Assembly: GCA_047602735.1 (NCBI GenBank)
Contig: JBLKOK010000002.1
Location: forward strand, 20,280 to 84,279
Direction of reading: 5' to 3'
Length of the DNA: 64,000 bases
Source of the DNA: Candidatus Woesearchaeota archaeon
Lineage (GTDB): Archaea > Nanobdellota > Nanobdellia > Woesearchaeales > 21-14-0-10-32-9
This document shows, in pieces, positions 57,101 to 64,000 of this stretch. Within the stretch, counting starts at the first letter, position 1. The number at the start of each line of letters is the position of its first letter. Both the position numbers and the translations under genes were made by a program. The notes under the pieces were generated by a model that saw nothing but the letters and a program-made list of their open reading frames with translations, was not told the DNA's origin and did no database searches.

Positions 57101-58222
57101 ATCGGACCTAACATCGCTAATAGAGTTATAATTCAAGGTGAAACCGTTGTTTTAGTTAATAATTTGAATGATTTATTTTTTGATCCTGATGGGGATTTAA
57201 TAGAGTACAGACTGGAGCGTGTTAGTGGTACTTCAGATATTGTTCTTTCTAGTACTGGTCCTGATTTAACAGTTTTTGCTCAAAATCTTGGTCAAAGAAA
57301 TTATACCATAGTTGCTGAAGATACAGATGGTGCTACTGCTTCAAGTAACGTGTTTGAAATTGATGTTAGACCTGTTACTAGCGCCCCTAGTGCTCCAGGT
57401 GGCGCTGATGGAGGGGCTGCAGCTATGCCTGCTGCGGCTAGTTCTGCAACTGATGATGTTAAAGATGATGAAGATGATTCAGAAGAAGATGATTCTGTTA
57501 CTAGTAGAATTGCTAGTAGCGTTGAAGAAGACGAAGATGTTGTTGTGTTTAATCCTGTTGTTAGAAGTAGTAACGAAGATGTTGTTTTAACTCAAAGAGT
57601 AATTGAAAATGTTAGCATTCCTCCGCCTGCAAGAGTTTATAAGATTTTAGAAATTAATTCTAGTGATAACGTAGAGTTAGAAATTGAGTTTGATGTTGAA
57701 AAGAGTTGGCTTGCAGAAAATAATTTGGATGCCGTAGATGTTGCTTTGTATAAGTTAGAGGGTGATGATTGGGTTATGCTTAGGACTGAAGTTGTAAGAG
57801 AAGGCAGTGATTATTTTAGTTATGTAGCTATTACTCCTGGTTTTAGTATTTTTGCAATTGGAGAAAGAATCATTGATGAATCTAGTAGTAATTGGAGTAC
57901 TTGGTTGTTTAATATTTTGAGTGCTATTTTTGCAATTGTAGCAATTTTATTAACAATTGTTTTAGTTGAAAAGTATGCCAAGAAGCATGCTGTTAAAACT
58001 GTTAAGAAGTTTGAGGATCAACAAGAAGGTTTGGTTGATCAGGTTAATAATTACAAAAAAGATGTTGAGAGACATATTAAAGAAAATAATTTATCTGAAG
58101 CAAAAAAGAGTTATAATGATTTGAAAGAGATTTATGATCATAGTATTACTTTGAGTGAAGAAGAAAGAAAAGAATTAGGTAAGCAATTACTTGATTATTA
58201 TAATCAAATAACTAAAAAATAA
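54197..58222 (+). CDS. Membrane-anchored S8 subtilase with Ig/PKD-like stalk and PGF-pre-PGF-like domain
   Basis: IIDDGI, HGTHVAG and GTSMATPHV triad; sequon-rich beta repeats; TPGFSIFAIG; TM and cytoplasmic tail. Confidence 0.92.
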   Translation: MGRGVLVFLVFLLLVLPIASADIGLLESLSTTDSRGEKIDVYISIQNNEGISRQVSNQITTEKLIDVLDVSNEQVLKSINTIYGSFTQEQIDVLKKDPSIKISKPMDIEIRRFLSESTDIIGAVDTRNIVVNSQNITGKHQTVCIIDDGIDVDHPDLSNRILYTYDFVENTTTINFKERHGTHVAGIVGASGGINGTAPEVGLIGLDVFSGSNGTNDILINRAIDWCITNAQDYNISVISMSLGGNKFNNTCDNYIPTTTSLINAANSNNISVVIATSNANATQNASAGIAFPACISGAIRVGASSKADAITSYSFRNVNFSDILLAPGGTGQGPCTPSGTHNGICSTDVGGGYYSIVGTSMATPHVSGVIALLQQYNFNYGLPMLTPAEIFEVLNSTGVSLYDSETDKNYTRIDAFSAIEALSDNIELDLYLSVSNLTINDNITIIWNSSGSIETIWLNISNKDFDMVFNSTNLSGIVTLGYPILNLSGSYNITFYAENNFENKIRNATFELLKITPDIGLLLNGNNTNISVIAENVSVNIFTNESPSSDFDLFINNEFNLSNSSINVTYLFEELGVYNITVVHNESEFYNAVYESLFVNLTGFPITLEINSSVSALDFSENITIIWNASGSIDTIWFNITDPDETVIFSSENISGGVFLDINNLTIDGVYNITLFAENNLKTNISSASFNVSKIVPNVTLLMNGSFSNLTLFERGDVNITAFENSSYELDLLINNTLTETNNYIEQVILFELGSYNITARFNENVTHLGVQETLFLDVVLANPNITFSSDLNVSIYENQTVLLDPVIVDPFNRSLSYEWYFDDVLLVDENSTNYLFNGSSEGVGNYNVTLIVIANETRNSSISWNITVDYVPPSVFNIVPSQGSVVIKQNNSLVMSVDATNFYNETNLSYEWFVDEVLVEDNSSSYEFNTSKSFGVYNVSLVVNNSFAVSVVNWTVEVVDNRPPEFIGPNIANRVIIQGETVVLVNNLNDLFFDPDGDLIEYRLERVSGTSDIVLSSTGPDLTVFAQNLGQRNYTIVAEDTDGATASSNVFEIDVRPVTSAPSAPGGADGGAAAMPAAASSATDDVKDDEDDSEEDDSVTSRIASSVEEDEDVVVFNPVVRSSNEDVVLTQRVIENVSIPPPARVYKILEINSSDNVELEIEFDVEKSWLAENNLDAVDVALYKLEGDDWVMLRTEVVREGSDYFSYVAITPGFSIFAIGERIIDESSSNWSTWLFNILSAIFAIVAILLTIVLVEKYAKKHAVKTVKKFEDQQEGLVDQVNNYKKDVERHIKENNLSEAKKSYNDLKEIYDHSITLSEEERKELGKQLLDYYNQITKK

Positions 58223-58224
58223 TT

Positions 58225-59220
<996 letters not shown>

Positions 59221-59322
59221 TTACACCTCTACTAGTTAGGATTATTTATATTAAATATATAAAAAATGGTAATTACTTGAAGATAGTAAATAATTTAAAT
59301 AAGTGTTTATTTCTTTAAAACT

Positions 59323-59868
59323 ATGAAAGATTTTTGTTTAGCAGGAGGGTATGTATTAAATGACCATATAACTACTGCTTTAGTTGATAGAATTTTGCCT
59401 GAAGCAGATATGGATATTCATTATAAATTGCATGCACAAGATTTTATTAAATTTGATAATAAAGATCATACTTTTTATTCTAAAATAGCTATTGAGCCTA
59501 AATCTAGTTTGGGTATTAGATTATATAATAACAATAACTTAGTTGATTTGAGTAGTAAAGAACAAAGTTTTGATGATGAATTTAGATTTTTGTTAGGTCT
59601 TTATAATTTTAATATAAGAGCTGATGGCTTATTTGATAAAATATCAGACCTTGAAAATTTTAAAAATAAAGATGTTTTGTCAAATAAATTTTTGATTGAA
59701 AAAACTATTAGTAATTTGCCAAATAAATCTGCAACACATGTTTTGTTAAGCGAGCCTACTGTTTTATATAAAGAATTGCCTTTAGAACAAAATATTTCTA
59801 TTTATGAAAAGCCTGCAGATAATTATACAGGATATTTACTTTGGTCAGGAGTCTTATTAGAAAAGTAA
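59323..59868 (+). CDS. Hypothetical protein
   Basis: ORF with an upstream TTTAAATA box, filling the gap between gap and ppsA. Confidence 0.6.
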   Translation: MKDFCLAGGYVLNDHITTALVDRILPEADMDIHYKLHAQDFIKFDNKDHTFYSKIAIEPKSSLGIRLYNNNNLVDLSSKEQSFDDEFRFLLGLYNFNIRADGLFDKISDLENFKNKDVLSNKFLIEKTISNLPNKSATHVLLSEPTVLYKELPLEQNISIYEKPADNYTGYLLWSGVLLEK

Positions 59869-59886
59869 AAAAAAGTAAAAAAAAAG

Positions 59887-62295
59887 TTATAAGCCGAGTT
59901 CTTTTTCTTTCTCAGCTATTTTAAGTCTTGTTTTTATGACAGTGTCTGGATTTAAACTCATGCTGTGTATTCCTGCTTCTACTAAGAATTGTGCAAAGTC
60001 TGGGAAGTCTGATGGCGCTTGTCCACAGATACCTATATATTTTCCTTTGTCATTTGCAGTTTTTATTACTTGTCTTAGTAATTTTTTTACAGCTTCGTTT
60101 CTTTCATCGTATACATGACTTACTAGCTCTGAGTCTCTATCTACTCCTAGTGTTAGTTGTGTTAAGTCGTTGCTTCCGATGCTAAATCCGTCAAATATTT
60201 CTAGGAATTCTTCTGCTAGTATTACGTTTGATGGTATCTCACACATAACGTATACTTTTAGTCCGTTTTCTCCTTGTTTTAGTCCATTTTGTTGCATTAC
60301 GTCTAAGACTTTTTTTCCTTCTTCTACTGTTCTACAAAACGGTATCATTATTGTTACGTTGTTTAGTCCAAATTCTTCTCTTACTTTTTTTAGAGCTGCA
60401 CATTCTAAGTCAAATGCAGGTCTGTATTTTTCTGAGTAGTAACGAGATGCTCCTCTCCATCCTATCATTGGGTTTTCTTCTTTTGGTTCAAATAAGCTTC
60501 CCCCTACTAGGTTTGCGTATTCGTTGCTTTTGAAGTCAGATAGTCTTACTATTACTGGTTTTGGATAAAATGCTGCTCCTAGCATTCCTATTCCTTCTGC
60601 TAGTTTGTCTATGAAGAATTGTGCTTTGTCATCGTATCCTTTTGTTATTTCATCTATTTTTTTCTTTAAGGATTTGTCTTCTATTTTGTCATATCCTAGA
60701 AGTGCTAGTGGGTGTACTACGATGCTTGTATTTATTATGAATTCTTCTCTTGCAAGTCCTACTCCTTCGTTTGGTGTGAAGCTTTTTTCAAATGCTTGGC
60801 TAGGTGTTGCTAGGTTCATCATTATTTTTGTTTTTGTTTCAGGTAGACTAGACATGTCTGTTTCTTCTATTTCAAATGGTACTAGTCCTTCGTATACATA
60901 TCCTATGTCTCCTTTGCTACAGTCTGCTGTTACATCAGATCCGTTTTTTATTTCTTGTGTTCCAGTTCCTGTTCCTACAATACAAGGTATTCCTAGTTCC
61001 CTACTAATTATTGCTGCGTGACAGGTTCTTCCGCCTCTGTTTGTTATTATTGCTGAGGCTATTTTCATTATTGGTTCCCAGTCAGGGTCTGTCATGTCTG
61101 TTATTAGGACTTCTCCTTTTTTGAATTGGTTTATGTCTTTTACGTCTTTTATTACGTGTGCTTTTCCTTGTCCAATTCTCTCTCCTACGCTTTTTCCTTC
61201 TATTATTGTTTTTCCTTCTTGTTTTATTACGTATTTGATTAGTTTATTTTGATCTTTTCTACTCTGAACGGTTTCTGGTCTTGCTTGTACTATGAATAGT
61301 TCTCCTGATTCTCCGTCTTTTGCCCATTCCATGTCCATTGGTTTGAAGTATCCTGCTTTTTCTGAGTAATGGTCTTCTATTATCACTGCCCATTTTGCTA
61401 GTTTGAGTACTTCGTCATCATTTATACAGAATTTGTCTCTTTCTTCTTTTGGTACATTAACGTTTTTTACAGGGTTGTTTCCTTGATGGTTGTAGATCAT
61501 CTTGATTGCTTTTTCTCCAACCTGTCTGTAAATTATAGGTCTTTTTCCTTCTCTTAGTGTTGGTTTGAATACGTAGAATTCGTCTGGGTTTACTGCTCCT
61601 TGTACTACGTTTTCTCCAAGTCCGTATGCTCCTGTTATGAAGACTGCGTCTTTGAATCCTGTTTCTGTGTCTATGCTAAACATTACTCCTGAGCTTGATA
61701 GGTCTGATCTTACCATTTTTTGTATTCCTACACTTAGTGCTATGTTGAAATGGTCAAATCCTTTGTCTTCTCTGTAGCTTATTGCTCTGTTTGTAAATAG
61801 TGATGCAAAGCATTTTTTACATGCTTCTAGTAATGCGTGTTCTCCTTTTATGTTTAGATATGTTTCTTGTTGGCCTGCAAAGCTTGCGTCTGGTAGGTCT
61901 TCTGCTGTTGCGCTGCTTCTTACAGCTACATCTACGTTATCTCCGTATTGTATGCAAAGATTTCTGTAACCTTCTCTTATTTCTTCGTTTAATCTTTCTG
62001 GGAATTCTGCGCTTCTTATTATTTCCCTTACTTTGTGTCCTCTTTCTGAGAGGTTTTTCATGTTGTGAGTGTCTAAGTCTTTTAAAGTGTCTTTTATTTT
62101 TTGCATTACTCCTGCTTCTTCTAAGAAATATCTGTATGCATGAGCTGTTAGTGCAAATCCATTTGGTATGTTTACGCCTTTTGGTGTTAGAAGCCTATAC
62201 ATTTCTCCTAAGGAAGCGTTTTTTCCTCCAACTATTGGTACGTCTTCTATTCCTAATTGATCAAACCATAAAACTAATGCACTATTTTTATCCAT
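59887..62295 (-). CDS. ppsA: Phosphoenolpyruvate synthase
   Basis: VGGKNASLGEM, RSSATAEDLPDASFAGQQET, GGRTCHAAI, GFSIGSNDLTQ. Confidence 0.97.
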   Translation of the reverse strand: MDKNSALVLWFDQLGIEDVPIVGGKNASLGEMYRLLTPKGVNIPNGFALTAHAYRYFLEEAGVMQKIKDTLKDLDTHNMKNLSERGHKVREIIRSAEFPERLNEEIREGYRNLCIQYGDNVDVAVRSSATAEDLPDASFAGQQETYLNIKGEHALLEACKKCFASLFTNRAISYREDKGFDHFNIALSVGIQKMVRSDLSSSGVMFSIDTETGFKDAVFITGAYGLGENVVQGAVNPDEFYVFKPTLREGKRPIIYRQVGEKAIKMIYNHQGNNPVKNVNVPKEERDKFCINDDEVLKLAKWAVIIEDHYSEKAGYFKPMDMEWAKDGESGELFIVQARPETVQSRKDQNKLIKYVIKQEGKTIIEGKSVGERIGQGKAHVIKDVKDINQFKKGEVLITDMTDPDWEPIMKIASAIITNRGGRTCHAAIISRELGIPCIVGTGTGTQEIKNGSDVTADCSKGDIGYVYEGLVPFEIEETDMSSLPETKTKIMMNLATPSQAFEKSFTPNEGVGLAREEFIINTSIVVHPLALLGYDKIEDKSLKKKIDEITKGYDDKAQFFIDKLAEGIGMLGAAFYPKPVIVRLSDFKSNEYANLVGGSLFEPKEENPMIGWRGASRYYSEKYRPAFDLECAALKKVREEFGLNNVTIMIPFCRTVEEGKKVLDVMQQNGLKQGENGLKVYVMCEIPSNVILAEEFLEIFDGFSIGSNDLTQLTLGVDRDSELVSHVYDERNEAVKKLLRQVIKTANDKGKYIGICGQAPSDFPDFAQFLVEAGIHSMSLNPDTVIKTRLKIAEKEKELGL

Positions 62296-62480
62296 TTACT
62301 GACACCTCTTTTTTTTAACGTGAAAAAAAAACTAATTTTAAACTAATTTTTTAGTTTATTAGTTTATTAGTTATTTTTATACTATTCGTTGTCTTTTAAT
62401 AGCTATTTAAATCTTTCTAAGAATGCTAAAAAACATATTTAAAAATATCACCATATTTTATTTAATAATAATTATTAGTT

Positions 62481-62921
62481 TTAGTTTCTCTTTGCAGTTA
62501 AAGCGTTATATATGTCTTTTGCTAGGCTAACAGAGATAGAATTTTGACCAAAGCATTCCTTATATTTTCTTTCTAATACTTTACCGTTTCCACCAAAACT
62601 ATATTTTAAATGTAGAACAAAATCATCAGTTGAAGCACTAAAAAGTTCTAACTTTTTTCTATCAAACGTTCTAGAACCCCATTCTTCTGCTAAATCACAT
62701 CCATTTTTTACCGTAGATTCTAAGAGTAGAATTCCATTTTCAAATAAGGATACGTTATCATAAAATTTAGGTGTATCATATGTTTTTGTTAAAATTTGTC
62801 TTAAAGTAATTAATTGTTCTGCATATTTTTTAGCATCTGTTAGATATTTTAAAAAGGATACTTCTATACCTTTATCTTTAGCGTTTTCTTCAATTAATTT
62901 TTTTATATCAACTAATTCCAT
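62481..62921 (-). CDS. Hypothetical protein
   Basis: ORF with an upstream TATA-like box; no recognised motif. Confidence 0.55.
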   Translation of the reverse strand: MELVDIKKLIEENAKDKGIEVSFLKYLTDAKKYAEQLITLRQILTKTYDTPKFYDNVSLFENGILLLESTVKNGCDLAEEWGSRTFDRKKLELFSASTDDFVLHLKYSFGGNGKVLERKYKECFGQNSISVSLAKDIYNALTAKRN

Positions 62922-62968
62922 ATCTGTCTTAACTAAATATAATATATATAAATATTTCTAATAACAAA

Positions 62969-63592
62969 TTAAAATCCTTTTTTTCCTGTTAGTGGAACAA
63001 ACATTACATGATCGTGTTCTTCTTTTATTATTCCTTTTGGTGTTTTAATAATTTTAATTAGGGTTTGATTCATTCTATCTCCTACTGGTGCTACTAGTAT
63101 TCCTCCAGGGTTTAGTTGGTCTGTTATCTCGTTTGTTATTTCTGGGGTTGCTGCACTTATTAGTATTTTATCGTACGGGTAGCCTTGTATAAATCCTTGT
63201 GATCCATCTTGATTTAGTATTCTAGCATTTGGAATTTTTAGTTTTTTTAGTGTTTCTCTTGATATTTTTGCTAGTTCTTCGTTTATTTCTAGTCCTATTA
63301 CTTTTGATGATATTTTTGAAAGTATTGCACAAACATAGCCTGATCCTGAGCCTATTTCTAATATTTTGTCTGATGGTTGAGGATCTAATAATTCTAACAT
63401 TTTTGCTACTATGTATGGTTGAGAAATTGTTTGTGCTTGTCCTATTGGAAGTGCTAAGTCTGAGTATGCCAGGTTTTTTGATGGTTCTGGAACAAATAGT
63501 GATCTGTTTACTAAAGACATTGAATCGAGTACTTTTTTATTAGTTACTCCTCTTCTTTTTATGGTTGAAATCATTGATTGAATTTCTTTCAT
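62969..63592 (-). CDS. pcm: Protein-L-isoaspartate O-methyltransferase
   Basis: QTISQPYIVA, LEIGSGSGY, PYDKILISAA, QLNPGGILVAPVG. Confidence 0.95.
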   Translation of the reverse strand: MKEIQSMISTIKRRGVTNKKVLDSMSLVNRSLFVPEPSKNLAYSDLALPIGQAQTISQPYIVAKMLELLDPQPSDKILEIGSGSGYVCAILSKISSKVIGLEINEELAKISRETLKKLKIPNARILNQDGSQGFIQGYPYDKILISAATPEITNEITDQLNPGGILVAPVGDRMNQTLIKIIKTPKGIIKEEHDHVMFVPLTGKKGF

Positions 63593-63626
63593 AACTAATA
63601 TATTGGTTTTTAGAACTTATAAATCT

Positions 63627-64000
63627 TTATTTCTTAACATATATTGTTCTTGTTGGGAATGCAAATCCTAATTTGGCTTTGTCAAATCTTTTTTTGATTT
63701 CCATATTTATTGCATCTCTTGCACCAAATATATTATCCATATTTTTAATCCAGTAAATTACCGTTATGTTTAAAGATGAATCTGCAAATTCTGTGAATGC
63801 TACTCTGTATTTGTCTTCTGTGTCTTTGTTTTCTATTATTATATCTTGTAATATTTTTTTTGCTTTTTCTAATTCTTTGTGAGTTGTTTTGTATTCTAAA
63901 GATACAGTCATATTTATTCTTCTTGCTGTTTCTCTACTAATATTTTCTAATATTGTATCTGATACTCTTGCGTTAGGGACTATTATTTGTGTTCCTGCAA
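63627..64000 (-). CDS. MscS mechanosensitive channel, C-terminal part (5' outside window)
   Basis: FTEFADSSLN, FAFPTRTIY. The frame extends to the window end (IIVPNARV). Confidence 0.88.
   Translation of the reverse strand, partial: AGTQIIVPNARVSDTILENISRETARRINMTVSLEYKTTHKELEKAKKILQDIIIENKDTEDKYRVAFTEFADSSLNITVIYWIKNMDNIFGARDAINMEIKKRFDKAKLGFAFPTRTIYVKK

Overview
AT-rich archaeal chromosome segment, most consistent with a DPANN (Woesearchaeota/Nanobdellota-like) organism. The indicators are NMD3, a Hel308-type helicase, a Sec11-type signal peptidase, a PGF-pre-PGF-like subtilase, TATA-box/leaderless promoters, a bacterial-type GAPDH and PpsA. The taxonomy is inferred from gene content, not from a search. 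The flanks hold housekeeping genes: a PadR-controlled ABC exporter, MoxR/DUF58/vWA, smc, tdk, a P-type ATPase, gap, ppsA, pcm, three tRNAs and two toxin-antitoxin modules. The centre (13.3-40.4 kb) is a large cell-surface gene cluster. Inside it is a ~14.6 kb block (23126-37771) that looks like a domesticated phage tail-fibre/collagen adhesin system. It contains tatA-tatA-tatC, a tail-fibre-like protein with a variant (RK) twin-arginine signal, a triple-LamG lectin-like protein, three glycosyltransferases, three collagens with peptidase-S74-like autocleaving chaperone domains, and an HTH regulator whose promoter carries a 9-bp x6 repeat between two operator-like palindromes. No capsid, terminase or integrase genes are visible. 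All family assignments are from motif recognition by eye.
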